A DNA stretch of 64,000 bases from Candidatus Cloacimonadota bacterium (GTDB taxonomy: Bacteria > Cloacimonadota > Cloacimonadia > Cloacimonadales > WRIO01): NCBI GenBank assembly GCA_029564175.1, contig JAKQQL010000110.1, positions 56,151-120,150 on the forward strand. The letters are read 5' to 3'. A model generated the notes under the pieces. It saw only the letters and a list, made by a program, of their open reading frames with translations. It did not search any database and was not told where the DNA came from. The position numbers and the translations under genes were made by a program. Each line of letters begins with the position of its first letter. The first letter of the stretch is position 1. Positions 11,062 to 23,650 of the stretch are shown here, one piece after another.

Positions 11062-12139
11062 TTCTAAGTACCATCATCCCTTTCTTAGTTGTTTGAGTAA
11101 TAATCTTTGCGATATCTCTTACTACTGGAATGTTTTTTTTATAATTCATGCTGTTAGGCCCAATTACTCCCAGATAAGCCGGTATATCAAATATCTCATA
11201 TCTTGAAAATATCATGGAGAATCCATTCCATTCAGGATTACCAAAATCCTCTCCCAATAATATATTCCATTCCGTACTACTAGCATCCTGCTTGTAGCCT
11301 TTTTCTGAATCCAATTGATATTTCTGCATCATGGAAATCAGCAAATCGTGTCTCTGCATCATTTCTAAAAAGAGAAGGATGTTATGCTTATTATCAAACT
11401 CTACCTGATTGAGAAATTCAACACTACCATCAAAATGAATATAAAAACTATTCAATTCTATTAAGGCATTGTAGAATTCTTTTAAAAAACATTGAAGAAG
11501 CTTATTGTCTTCTGATACAATGTCTGACAGATTATCCAGATATTTATTGATAATGTCATATATCCTTAGTCCTGTCAGTTCATCGTTCAAATATCTGACC
11601 AATACTTTTAACTGGGCTTCAGATATATCAAAATCTGGCTTGATGATAATCGTTTTATCCATTCCTGAATCGAGGCTAATAACGAATAATAACTTGTCAT
11701 TTGCCACTTTAAACACATCCAGTTTGGATAGACAGTCATAAGATATCTCTGGTTCTGCTACAAAACTAAGCTGATCGGTTTCTTTTGCCAGTAATTGTTT
11801 AATAAAATGAAGTGAAAGCGGAATATCCCGATAATTTTGAACTAACATGGATTGTAAAAAGTCGGTTTTATCATACTTTATTTTGGCTACTTCAGGTTTG
11901 ATACAATCTACATATTTTCTATAACCCGCAATGGTGGGAATTCGCCCTGCTGAAGTATGTGGCTGGTAGATATAGCCTTTTCCTTCCAAACGGGATAGGT
12001 CATTACGAATCGTAGCTGAACTAATACCTTCAATATAGTTCTCACATAAAGATCTGGAGGCAACTGCTTCCTTGGTCTCTATAAACTCTTCTACCAGATT
12101 CTTCAGAACTTCCTGTTCTCTGAGCTCATTCTTTTTCAT
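11042..12139 (-). CDS. hrcA: Heat-inducible transcription repressor HrcA
   Basis: SSATIRNDL, QPHTSAGRIPT and LGVIGP..MNY; first gene of the grpE-dnaK-dnaJ operon. Confidence 0.96.
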   Translation of the reverse strand: MKKNELREQEVLKNLVEEFIETKEAVASRSLCENYIEGISSATIRNDLSRLEGKGYIYQPHTSAGRIPTIAGYRKYVDCIKPEVAKIKYDKTDFLQSMLVQNYRDIPLSLHFIKQLLAKETDQLSFVAEPEISYDCLSKLDVFKVANDKLLFVISLDSGMDKTIIIKPDFDISEAQLKVLVRYLNDELTGLRIYDIINKYLDNLSDIVSEDNKLLQCFLKEFYNALIELNSFYIHFDGSVEFLNQVEFDNKHNILLFLEMMQRHDLLISMMQKYQLDSEKGYKQDASSTEWNILLGEDFGNPEWNGFSMIFSRYEIFDIPAYLGVIGPNSMNYKKNIPVVRDIAKIITQTTKKGMMVLRNDKKRH

Positions 12140-12142
12140 TTT

Positions 12143-12169
12143 TTAGCACTCCTTATCGTATTCTGCTAA
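12143..12169. promoter_or_regulatory. CIRCE element (HrcA operator) overlapping the hrcA RBS
   Basis: TTAGCACTC-cttatcgta-TTCTGCTAA against consensus TTAGCACTC-N9-GAGTGCTAA. Confidence 0.85.
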
Positions 12170-12199
12170 TCTAATGACAAAATAATATAATTTGAAAAA

Positions 12200-12226
12200 T
12201 TGTCAAACAAAATCTTTGAGTGCTAA
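12200..12226 (-). promoter_or_regulatory. Second, degenerate CIRCE overlapping the -35 (TTGACA) of the hrcA promoter
   Basis: Minus strand TTAGCACTC-N9-GTTTGACAA: one perfect half-site, with TTGACA at 12206-12201. Confidence 0.65.
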
Positions 12227-12890
12227 TTTTTTTTTGTTAATGCTTTTTTGAGAAGTTTACAGAAAAAGTGAAAAACTGAAAATCAAATTGTATCATTTAA
12301 TCTGATACGATGTCAGAAAATGTAATAAGTAATGAGAAATATGAAGTGTTTTCTACAGGATAGATATGAGAATCAAAAGAGAAAAAAAGAGATAACATAT
12401 TAAAAAATAGAGAAATAGGAGAAATATTGTGAATAAGACAACAGAAGTTCATTTTTTGCTAAAATAATCTCATTTGATGAATGCTTTTTTTTCTGGAGAT
12501 TTTGTAATAACTATTTTTTTACTACTCAGTTGCTATCTTAATTACTGGGCTTAGTATTGTTATTCTTTTTAGAATATTTTCATCGATTATATTCGTTATA
12601 CTCTTTCAGATTGTTTATTGCTTTTAATTTGAGGAAAGTATTGCATAAATGGCGACTAGCCATACAAGTATTGAATGATTTACGAATGTAACGAAGAACA
12701 TTCATTCAGTTTAACTATAGTATTGAGCTGTTTAAAAAACAAGAGTAACGAAGTGGTAGCAAAAGAGTTTGAATTTCTTTAAAAAACAGAAGACAATAAA
12801 CTATCATTAATTCGTTTTGATAATGGTATAAACTGGCGTTAATGAATTTACAAGAGGTTGCTATCTTGGTAAAATATAAAAATGTTTTGG

Positions 12891-13631
12891 CTATTTATTC
12901 AATAATGGGGTATTATGAAATTTTGCGTGAATTTTATTGCGATTTAGATAATAACAAAGACAGTATCTTAAAGAAGGATTAGTGGTAGTTAAATAGACTT
13001 CTCTCACATAATTTCTATCTTTTCGAATGACTTCAGAAATGGGAATTTTGGCATATTTTCTGCCAGGTAGAGAACGCTTTAAAGTATGAGACATCGTCAT
13101 TTCAATGAGATCGTCGAAGGTTTTGTATTTCAGCAATTCAAGCAGAACAAAATAGGTGATCATAACATCACCGTCGGCGGTATGAGCTGTAAAATCCTGT
13201 AATACTTCTGTATTTAGGTTTAGTTCATTTTTTAAAAAGCGCAGTGAACTTTTATGCAGATTGAAAACCTGACGGGCACAATATTCTGTATCAAGAATTT
13301 TGCAAGCGCATTCAATCCCTTCTCTGGCTATCATAAATAAATCATTTTCAATAGCATGCCCAATAATCACATTATTTTTATTTGAGAAAATGCTTTTTAT
13401 CTCATTAAACATGGTAGAGTTAGCGAATCTTAATTTATCCTTTACCATTGAATTACTGATATTATGTACCCATCGGGAACCATCTTTTATCTGTACTCCT
13501 GGATTAAACATTTCAATTTTGAGATGATTTAACATATTATTCTCAAATGTTCCAATAGCAAGGCTGATGATTCTGTCTTCTTTTGATGATCCGCTAGTTT
13601 CTGTGTCTATAATATAATTCATGAGAGCCAT
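12891..13631 (-). CDS. DEDDh 3'-5' exonuclease (DnaQ/ExoX-like); start uncertain (13688, 13649, 13631 or 13622)
   Basis: IIDTETSG (ExoI), GHAIENDL (ExoII) and AHTADGDV (ExoIII); C-terminal PGRKY segment resembles the ExoX PFGKY tail. Confidence 0.85.
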   Translation of the reverse strand: MALMNYIIDTETSGSSKEDRIISLAIGTFENNMLNHLKIEMFNPGVQIKDGSRWVHNISNSMVKDKLRFANSTMFNEIKSIFSNKNNVIIGHAIENDLFMIAREGIECACKILDTEYCARQVFNLHKSSLRFLKNELNLNTEVLQDFTAHTADGDVMITYFVLLELLKYKTFDDLIEMTMSHTLKRSLPGRKYAKIPISEVIRKDRNYVREVYLTTTNPSLRYCLCYYLNRNKIHAKFHNTPLLNK

Positions 13632-13831
13632 TTTCAATAAGTGGCTCATTTTGTCAATGATTATAGAATCACTCTTCTTGATTGTCATGGAATGATCGTT
13701 AAAAAGTTAAATTTAAAAATGATCATAAAAAAAGAAAAAATCTAGAATTAACTTGACTAAAAGAATAACAATATTGAATTTGCTTTATGATATTAATCAG
13801 GCTAAATGCCGAACTAACAGATAAAGGATAA

Positions 13832-15929
<2,098 letters not shown>

Positions 15930-15957
15930 ATATCAGAAACAAAATTTGGAGAATAAT

Positions 15958-16656
15958 ATGAAAAGAGAAACAAAGATCACACCTAACTATATAGACTATC
16001 CATGTGGCAGTGTTTTAATTGAAACAGGAAAAACAAAAGTAATTTGTTCTGTAAGTATAGAAGAGAATGTGCCCCCATTTTTAAGAGATAAAAATCAAGG
16101 CTGGTTAACTGCAGAATACAGTATGTTACCTGCCAGTACCCATAATCGTACCAGAAGAGAAGTTAATTCTGGAAAAATTGGTGGTAGAACAGCTGAAATT
16201 CAACGTCTGATAGGACGTTCTTTGAGAGCAGTAGTAGATTTGACAAAGATGCCAGGATTGACAGCATATATTGATTGTGATGTTATTCAGGCAGACGGAG
16301 GTACACGTACTGCTTCAATAACAGGCGCTGCTGTAGCACTTGCAATCGCATTTGAAAAACTAATTCAGGAAGAAAGATTATGTGAAAATCCTATGAAAGA
16401 ACTGGTTACAGCGATTAGTGTAGGGATTGTTAATCAGGAATTTATATCAGATTTGTGTTATGAGCAGGATTCAAATGCTGATGTTGACTTCAATATTGTA
16501 ATGACTGAATCTGGACGTTTTGTTGAGTTACAGGGAACTGCAGAAAACAATCCATTTTCTTTTAATGACTTAACCCAGCTGATTGATTTAGCTCAGAATG
16601 ATATCATCCAATTATGTGAAATTCAAAAACAAGCGATTAACAAATGGAAAAATTAA
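15958..16656 (+). CDS. rph: Ribonuclease PH
   Basis: [27 protein letters not shown] and [20 protein letters not shown] before ATG 15958. Confidence 0.97.
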   Translation: MKRETKITPNYIDYPCGSVLIETGKTKVICSVSIEENVPPFLRDKNQGWLTAEYSMLPASTHNRTRREVNSGKIGGRTAEIQRLIGRSLRAVVDLTKMPGLTAYIDCDVIQADGGTRTASITGAAVALAIAFEKLIQEERLCENPMKELVTAISVGIVNQEFISDLCYEQDSNADVDFNIVMTESGRFVELQGTAENNPFSFNDLTQLIDLAQNDIIQLCEIQKQAINKWKN

Positions 16657-16674
16657 ATTAAATAAGGAAAATAA

Positions 16675-18264
16675 ATGAAAAAGTATCTTGTCATTCTCAT
16701 CCACTTAAGTTTTTGTTTACTGAATGCAATTCCAGTAAGCTTTAATCTTACTCAAATCAATTTTGAAAATGCCATTGCAAATCAAAATTATCAGAAAATA
16801 TTAAGAATATATAATCAAAGTTCTGTTAATCAGGATATTACCTTACTGCATAATAATCGTAGTTTTACTTTCTCAGATACACTTTTTTCAATTTCTGCCA
16901 ATGACAGTATAGATATTCAAGTTAATTTTAATGGTAAACATAATATCGAATACAAAGATGTCTTTTATTTTATCAACTCATTGAATCAAACACCAAGTGT
17001 GCTACAGGCAAATGTTGCAGTTAACTATTCTCAGTCTTTATATGCACCTACATTTAATAAATGGGACAGTGAACTAAAAAGTACTTTGCTTTCTCTTGTT
17101 AATAATCATCATTCTATTGGTTATACTGAAGCAAGAGAAGAAATGTTTTCTTCTATCGATAATGTCAACGGCTATGTGGAATGTGTTTATACAGGGCAAT
17201 TAGTACAGACAAGTGGAATTCCAGATAACAATGTTATGAATTGTGAACATACCTGGCCTCAAAGCATGGGTGCCGAGGGTGTCGCAAAATCAGACTTAAA
17301 TCATTTGTTTCCAACAAATTCAACGGCTAATAGTGTCAGAGGTAATTTACCTTTCGGAGTTGTTGTATCTGGTCAAAACTGGTCAGTAGGCGGATCAAAA
17401 AGAGGATATAATGCTCAAGGGACACAGGTTTTTGAACCAAGAGATGTTCATAAAGGGGATGTTTCAAGAGCGATGTTTTATTTTTCAGTTCGATATAACA
17501 ATCCCTCTTCTCCATTTTTCAATGACCAGGAAGCCGTTCTCAGACAATGGCATTATCAAGATCTTGTAAGTCTTAAAGAAACAAACCGGAATAATGCGAT
17601 TGAAGAGATTCAAAATAAAAGAAATCCATTTATTGATCATCCTGAGTTTGTTGATCGTTTATTTAGTATAGCTACAACGGCAAACAGACCACAAGTAGCA
17701 TCTTTTTATTTTCCAATCCAATCTGTTAATGCTGATAATATGAGCAATGTTTCTATCCCTGTATCAAACTTCGGTAATGCTGTTTTGAATATTAGTTCAG
17801 TTACCAGTTCAAATTCTAATTTTTTAGTAAATTTATATCCAAGCAGTATTCCTTCTGGTCAGTATGGTATGATTGAGCTATCAATACCTGGATCAGGTGA
17901 TAATCAAATTACAACTTTAAATGTTTACACTTCAACAGGGAATTATACGATTACCGTTAGTTCACAAACAACATCTACGGATAATCAAATATTAAATCCT
18001 CAATACTTCAATTTTTCAGTTTATCCTAATCCAGTTAATTCAATAGCTCATATCGCTTTAAATTCTAATTTGAAAAATACAGATCCCATAAAAGTCTCAA
18101 TTTATAATCTTAAAGGACAAAGAATTGAAACAACAATTTATCAGAATCCCTTAGTTAAATCTAGTATTGATTTTAAATCAGATAAATATGCCAATGGAAT
18201 TTACTTTATCAGATTAGAACAAGGGAATCAATATCAAACCAAAAAAATTATTGTGATGAAATAG
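16675..18264 (+). CDS. Secreted endonuclease I-family (His-Me) nuclease with Ig-like domains and a T9SS type-A-like C-terminal domain
   Basis: NCEHTWPQS, SDLNHLFP, FEPRDVHKGDVSRAMFYF and RNPFIDHPE; tail YPNP..SIYNLKGQ..NGIYFIRL..KKIIVMK. Confidence 0.9.
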   Translation: MKKYLVILIHLSFCLLNAIPVSFNLTQINFENAIANQNYQKILRIYNQSSVNQDITLLHNNRSFTFSDTLFSISANDSIDIQVNFNGKHNIEYKDVFYFINSLNQTPSVLQANVAVNYSQSLYAPTFNKWDSELKSTLLSLVNNHHSIGYTEAREEMFSSIDNVNGYVECVYTGQLVQTSGIPDNNVMNCEHTWPQSMGAEGVAKSDLNHLFPTNSTANSVRGNLPFGVVVSGQNWSVGGSKRGYNAQGTQVFEPRDVHKGDVSRAMFYFSVRYNNPSSPFFNDQEAVLRQWHYQDLVSLKETNRNNAIEEIQNKRNPFIDHPEFVDRLFSIATTANRPQVASFYFPIQSVNADNMSNVSIPVSNFGNAVLNISSVTSSNSNFLVNLYPSSIPSGQYGMIELSIPGSGDNQITTLNVYTSTGNYTITVSSQTTSTDNQILNPQYFNFSVYPNPVNSIAHIALNSNLKNTDPIKVSIYNLKGQRIETTIYQNPLVKSSIDFKSDKYANGIYFIRLEQGNQYQTKKIIVMK

Positions 18265-18273
18265 GAGATAAAA

Positions 18274-18843
18274 ATGGATATCCAGGAAATCTTAAAAGAG
18301 ACAAATGCTTTGTTAAAAGGACACTTTAAGTTAACATCAGGTCGTCATAGTGAATATTATGTAGAAAAAATTAAAATTATTCATTATCCTGATAAGGTCG
18401 AAATGCTTTGTAAAGAAATCGCTGAAAAATTGAAAGATTATCCTGTGGACGTAGTCGTAGGACCAGCGTACGGTGGGATAGCTCTGGCTTATGAAGTGGC
18501 AAAACAAATGGGGAAGAAGTTTGTATTTACACAGAGAAAAGATGATCAGATGACTATCAGAAGTGGTTTTGATATCAAAGCTGGTGATAATGCTGTTATT
18601 ATTGAAGATATTATCACTACCGGTGGCAGTGTTAAAGAAGTCATTGATGTTTTAAAAAATTATCAGATGAATGTTCAGGCCGTTTCCTGTATTGTTGATA
18701 GATCAGGAGGTAAAGCTCAGTTTGAATGTCCATTAATTCCACTTACCAGTGTTTCATTTGATACATGGGAAGAACAGGATTGTCCTCTTTGTAAAGCGAA
18801 TATTCCTATAGTTAAACCTGGTGCAAGCGATAAGAAAAAATAA
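18274..18843 (+). CDS. pyrE: Orotate phosphoribosyltransferase
   Basis: GHFKLTSGRHS and the PRPP-binding motif IIEDIITTGGS. Confidence 0.95.
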   Translation: MDIQEILKETNALLKGHFKLTSGRHSEYYVEKIKIIHYPDKVEMLCKEIAEKLKDYPVDVVVGPAYGGIALAYEVAKQMGKKFVFTQRKDDQMTIRSGFDIKAGDNAVIIEDIITTGGSVKEVIDVLKNYQMNVQAVSCIVDRSGGKAQFECPLIPLTSVSFDTWEEQDCPLCKANIPIVKPGASDKKK

Positions 18844-20381
18844 TGAAAAGAATATTAGTAAATCTTATATCCTGTGAAGAAAATCAATGTAAGACTTTCA
18901 TTGATGCCCTGAGGTTTTTACCAGTAAGACCTGAGATTCAATTTATTCTAGTTGGAAAATATGAATATCCTGATTTTATCAAACATCTGGCTCAATGTAT
19001 TGATTGTTGCAATCATTTCCAGTTTGAATGGCATCAAGAATCCTATTTTACTGCTCATCTTTATGAAAAATATCACGCTGATGCAATGATCAATTATATG
19101 TGTAATGAGTCCGTAAACATGCAAACTCCTGGATTTAATCAAATCATTACACCCGTTATGGATGTATATTATTTTGCCCATAATGATAAGAATCTTTTTG
19201 ATTTAAGCGAAGAAAACCTTTTAGCGATTTCTTTAAATCAGTTAGTAAATCATTTAAAAGAAGAAAAAATTGAATCAATAGATTTCTTAAGATCTCAGCT
19301 TTTTATGTACACTGAGATTGAAGATAATATGATCGAACTACTCAAGCGTGATTTCATTTTAAAAGAAATCTATCTGGCAGATTTGAGGGATGTTTCCGAT
19401 ATATCCAGTCATCAAATTGTTACTCTTTTCCCACATATCATACTGAGCTTGATTAAATTATTTTTACCAACATCCATTGCGGATATCAATCATCGTTACA
19501 ATATCCCCTGCCTGGAAATTAAGAATTCAGAAAATGATACTTTTATTGTTAAGCAACATATTCGTTACTGTACAAATCAGTTGTTTCATATTCTCAGTTT
19601 TAACCAAAGTGATCCCAAAACATATGCTTATAAATCTTTTGCATATTTATATGATCATTATATGGATCATGTGACCTATCAGAAATGGGTTGATTTTGTT
19701 ATTTATCAATATAAGTCACTATATAAACAAAAGCCAAAGGTTATCGCTGATATTGCCTGTGGAACCGGTACGATTTCTAACATACTGGCAGATCAGGATT
19801 ATCATGTCATATCTTCTGATAAATCTCCTGAAATGCTAGATGTGGCAATTGGAAAAAATAACAATCTTCATTTATTTCAAGCAGATATGACAGATTTTGA
19901 TCTTTCTGTAAAAGCAGATTTGATACTTTTACTTTTTGACAGTATCAATTATCTAACTGAAAGAGAACATGTTTTAAAACTGTTTGAATGTATTAAAAGG
20001 AATCTTAATCCATCCTCAATGTTTATTTTTGATATTTCAACGCTCTATAACAGTAATGAGCATTTTGATGGATTTATCAATTTAGAAGAGTACAAAGAGA
20101 TGTTTTTTGTTCACCGTGCAGATTACCTAAGTCACAAAAAAAGACAGGAAAACCTTCTTAATATTTTTACCAGTACTTTTTTAGGGTATCGCCGTGAAGA
20201 TGAAGTGCATCAGCAAAGAGTCTGGCGGGCTAAAGAACTTCAAGATATGATAAAAGAAGCAAAAATGAAATTATGTGGATTATACAGTATAGATGAACCT
20301 CAGAATATGGTAAAGGAAAATCCGAACAGTCTGGATACAAAATATGCCCGATTGTTTTTTATTGTAAGCAATGAAGAATAA
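18843..20381 (+). CDS. Class I SAM-dependent methyltransferase fused to an unrecognised N-terminal domain
   Basis: C-terminal half has FAYLYDHYM, IADIACGTG, DKSPEML and FDSINYL; the first ~255 aa are unassigned. Confidence 0.8.
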   Translation: MKRILVNLISCEENQCKTFIDALRFLPVRPEIQFILVGKYEYPDFIKHLAQCIDCCNHFQFEWHQESYFTAHLYEKYHADAMINYMCNESVNMQTPGFNQIITPVMDVYYFAHNDKNLFDLSEENLLAISLNQLVNHLKEEKIESIDFLRSQLFMYTEIEDNMIELLKRDFILKEIYLADLRDVSDISSHQIVTLFPHIILSLIKLFLPTSIADINHRYNIPCLEIKNSENDTFIVKQHIRYCTNQLFHILSFNQSDPKTYAYKSFAYLYDHYMDHVTYQKWVDFVIYQYKSLYKQKPKVIADIACGTGTISNILADQDYHVISSDKSPEMLDVAIGKNNNLHLFQADMTDFDLSVKADLILLLFDSINYLTEREHVLKLFECIKRNLNPSSMFIFDISTLYNSNEHFDGFINLEEYKEMFFVHRADYLSHKKRQENLLNIFTSTFLGYRREDEVHQQRVWRAKELQDMIKEAKMKLCGLYSIDEPQNMVKENPNSLDTKYARLFFIVSNEE

Positions 20382-21003
20382 ACACCTTTTTGATAATGAT
20401 CTGCTGAAAAAAAGAGAATATAAAATTCTAGCAGGAACAGATGAAGCGGGACGGGGACCTTTAGCTGGACCTGTCGTTTGTGCCAGTGTAATTTTACCTG
20501 ATGATTTTTATCATGAAGATTTGAATGACTCTAAGAAAATATCTGAAATCAAAAGAGATAAGTTATTTACTTATATTCAAAACAAAGCAATTGCTTTTTC
20601 AATTGAGGTTGTTGAAGCTCAAACAATAGATGAACTCAATATTTTAAATGCAACTCTTTATGGGATGAAGAAAAGTATTGAAAGTCTTTCAGTAAAACCC
20701 GATATGGTACTGATTGATGGCAATAAAACCCCAAAACATTTATCTATTAACAGCCAAACGGTTGTATCAGGAGATGCAAAACACGCTTGTATCGCAGCTG
20801 CATCGATTCTTGCAAAGGTAACCCGTGATAAGATCATGAATGACTACGATCAAATATACCCTCAGTATGGTTTTGCTAAACACAAAGGTTATCCGGTTTC
20901 TGCTCATTTAGAAGCCATTAGAGAATATGGAATATGTAAGATTCACCGAAAATCTTATAAACCTGTCAGTCAAATGACAATTAAGGATATTATTGTTGAA
21001 TAA
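20371..21003 (+). CDS. rnhB: Ribonuclease HII
   Basis: GTDEAGRGPLAGPV, LNDSKK, LIDGN, IAAASILAKV and HKGY. Confidence 0.97.
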   Translation: MKNKHLFDNDLLKKREYKILAGTDEAGRGPLAGPVVCASVILPDDFYHEDLNDSKKISEIKRDKLFTYIQNKAIAFSIEVVEAQTIDELNILNATLYGMKKSIESLSVKPDMVLIDGNKTPKHLSINSQTVVSGDAKHACIAAASILAKVTRDKIMNDYDQIYPQYGFAKHKGYPVSAHLEAIREYGICKIHRKSYKPVSQMTIKDIIVE

Positions 21004-22306
21004 GATAAAGATAATAGGTGCTGGACTGGCAGGATCAGAAGCAGCATTGCAACTTGCCGATAAAGGCTGGCAGGTTCATTTGTATGAAATGCGGGGAAAA
21101 AAGCAAACTCCTGCTCATCAGACTGATTTATGTGCAGAGCTGGTTTGCTCAAATTCTTTAAAATCAAAACTCCCCAGTACTTCTTCAGGTTTGTTAAAAG
21201 CCGAAATCAACCTACTTGGCTGTAAATTGCTGTTTCTTGCCGAGCAAGCCTCTGTTGAAGCAGGAAATGCTTTGGCTGTGGACAGAGAAATCTTTTCCCA
21301 AATTGTTACTCAAAGAATCAAATCTCATCCTAATATTCGATACTTTAATGAAGAAGTCTGTTCTTTGAATGATGAACTGACCATACTTGCAACCGGTCCT
21401 TTATCTTCGGACAATATTACTGCAGAACTGCTTAAAACCATTGGTCAAAACCATCTTTATTTCTTTGATGCTATCGCACCAGTTGTTTCAACTGAGTCGA
21501 TTAACATGGAAATAGCATTTAAGAAATCTCGTTATGATGATGTTAATGATGACTATATCAATTGCCCCTTTAATAAGGAAGAGTATCTTCGTTTTGTAGA
21601 TGCTTTAAACAGTGGTGATAAACATGAAGCGAAAGAGTTTGAAAATGATTTTTTCAGAGACCCCTCTTATCGTTTTTATGAGAATTGTATGCCGATAGAA
21701 GAATTAGCCAGAAGAGGTACTGATACCTTACGTTTCGGTGTCATGCGACCTGTAGGGCTTGAAGATCCCCGCACAGGTAGAAGACCTTATGCGTTAATTC
21801 AGTTACGAATTGAGAACAAAGAAAAAACTGCCTATAATCTGGTTGGTTGCCAGACAATGCTCAAATATGGTGCTCAAAAAGATATTTTCAGACTCATACC
21901 AGGTCTGAAACAGGCAGAGTTTGTCCGATATGGTTCGATTCATCGAAATACTTACATCAATACACCTGCTGTATGCAATTCAGATCTTAGTCTAAGAAAT
22001 AAATCCAATATCTTTTTAGCTGGTCAACTTTCTGGTGTAGAAGGATATGTAGAATCTATTTTTTCAGGGCTTTTAATAGCCAAAATCATAAATCGTGAAC
22101 TTAAAAGTTTGCCTGATACAACAATATCTGGTCAGCTATGGCGCTACCTGATAACTGAAAATAAGCATTTCTTACCTATGAATTCCAATTTTGGACTACT
22201 TCCTGCTCTTGATAAAAAGATAGGGAAGAAAGAACGAAAAAATGCTTATAGTGAAAGAGCGCTGTCTGATTTGATTCAATTTCAAAAATTAATATTGAAG
22301 GAGTGA
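20993..22306 (+). CDS. trmFO: Folate/FAD-dependent tRNA m5U54 methyltransferase TrmFO
   Basis: IIGAGLAGSEAA, ELVCSNS, YFFDAIAP, CMPIEELA and AGQLSGVEGYVES. Confidence 0.97.
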   Translation: MLNKIKIIGAGLAGSEAALQLADKGWQVHLYEMRGKKQTPAHQTDLCAELVCSNSLKSKLPSTSSGLLKAEINLLGCKLLFLAEQASVEAGNALAVDREIFSQIVTQRIKSHPNIRYFNEEVCSLNDELTILATGPLSSDNITAELLKTIGQNHLYFFDAIAPVVSTESINMEIAFKKSRYDDVNDDYINCPFNKEEYLRFVDALNSGDKHEAKEFENDFFRDPSYRFYENCMPIEELARRGTDTLRFGVMRPVGLEDPRTGRRPYALIQLRIENKEKTAYNLVGCQTMLKYGAQKDIFRLIPGLKQAEFVRYGSIHRNTYINTPAVCNSDLSLRNKSNIFLAGQLSGVEGYVESIFSGLLIAKIINRELKSLPDTTISGQLWRYLITENKHFLPMNSNFGLLPALDKKIGKKERKNAYSERALSDLIQFQKLILKE

Positions 22307-23595
22307 TTAACATGAGTATGTCCATGATAATTGCACTGGTTATTTTCTTAATAGCCTATGTTATGATAGCATTGGAGACTTATCATAAATTTGTCGTATC
22401 TATTGTAGGTGCTGTTTGTTTTTTAGTACTTGGTTATATCAGCCAGGATAATGCATTCTCGCATTATATTGACTGGAATGTTATTTTTTTACTGATTGGT
22501 ATGATGATAATGATGGGTATTATCAAAGATACCGGTATGTTTCAGTATGTTGCCATTAAACTGGCAAAGATGGCCAAAGGAAATCCGGTTAGAATATTAG
22601 TAGCACTTTTTTTTGCCACTGGTATTATTTCAGCATTTTTAGATAATGTAACTACTATAATCATCATGACGCCAATCTCAATTTTAATTTCTGTTGAGTT
22701 AGGTATATCACCTTTACCTTTTGTTATTTCTCAGATACTTGCATCCAATATTGGAGGTACAGCTACTTTGATTGGTGATCCTCCAAATTTGATGATTGGC
22801 AGTGCAGCTAAACTTAGCTTTGTTGATTTTTTAAAGAATTTATCTCTCGTGATAATTATCAATATGGTCGTAACGGCTTCAGTTTTATGGCTGTTTTTTA
22901 AAAAGAAATTGGTTGTGTCTAACAACAGAAAAGCCAGAATTTTAGAATTTGACGAAAAACAAGCGATTAATGATAAAGGTGATTTAATCATTGGATTGAT
23001 TGTAATCGCATTATTTTTAGGACTTTTCTTTTTCCATCATCATACACACCTTATGCCCGCAACAATTGCACTTGTTAGTGCTGGTATATTAATGCTTAAA
23101 GCTAAACATCTTAAAATGGAAGAATTTCTCGCTACAGAAATTGAATGGGGTACAATTCTTTTTTTTATTGGTCTCTTCATTATGGTAGGGGCATTAGAAG
23201 AACAGGGTGTAATTAAATACTTCTCAGAAATTATAATACGATTAACAGATGGTAGTCCCAGATTAACCAGCATGGGTATCTTATGGACTTCAGGTATTGC
23301 TTCAGCTATAATAGATAATATTCCTTTTGTAGCAACGATGATTCCTCTGATTGAAAATATGGGGCATGTAATTGGACCTGTTGCAGTTAAACCTTTATGG
23401 TGGTCTCTTTCTCTTGGCGCATGTTTAGGTGGCAATGGAACTATGATAGGGGCTTCCGCTAATCTCATAGCTATCAGTATTTGTAACAAGAGTGGTTACA
23501 AAATCAGTTTTATGACTTTTACAAAATTTGGTGCTCTAATCACAGTGTTGAACCTTTTTATCGCATCCATTTATCTTTTAATAGCCTATTATTAA
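22303..23595 (+). CDS. ArsB/NhaD (IT superfamily) ion transporter
   Basis: Multiple TM segments; SAFLDNVTT, SNIGGTATLIGDPPN, IDNIPFVA and LGGNGTMIGASAN. Confidence 0.9.
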   Translation: MINMSMSMIIALVIFLIAYVMIALETYHKFVVSIVGAVCFLVLGYISQDNAFSHYIDWNVIFLLIGMMIMMGIIKDTGMFQYVAIKLAKMAKGNPVRILVALFFATGIISAFLDNVTTIIIMTPISILISVELGISPLPFVISQILASNIGGTATLIGDPPNLMIGSAAKLSFVDFLKNLSLVIIINMVVTASVLWLFFKKKLVVSNNRKARILEFDEKQAINDKGDLIIGLIVIALFLGLFFFHHHTHLMPATIALVSAGILMLKAKHLKMEEFLATEIEWGTILFFIGLFIMVGALEEQGVIKYFSEIIIRLTDGSPRLTSMGILWTSGIASAIIDNIPFVATMIPLIENMGHVIGPVAVKPLWWSLSLGACLGGNGTMIGASANLIAISICNKSGYKISFMTFTKFGALITVLNLFIASIYLLIAYY

Positions 23596-23602
23596 AAAAA
23601 AA

Positions 23603-23630
23603 TTGACACATTCAGCTAATATATTAGTTT
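23603..23630 (+). promoter_or_regulatory. Probable sigma70 promoter
   Basis: TTGACA-N16-TAGTTT upstream of the AAGGAGG RBS and ATG 23651. Confidence 0.45.
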
Positions 23631-23650
23631 ATCTTTGTAAGGAGGATAAA

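Noticed and set aside
12428..12436. DnaA-box-like TGTGAATAA suggesting oriC in the long intergenic gap
   Set aside because: Only one box was found, with no cluster and no dnaA/dnaN nearby.
12891..13688. Exonuclease as part of an anti-phage defence system
   Set aside because: It is a solitary gene with no adjacent effector, RT, nucleotidyltransferase or other defence gene.
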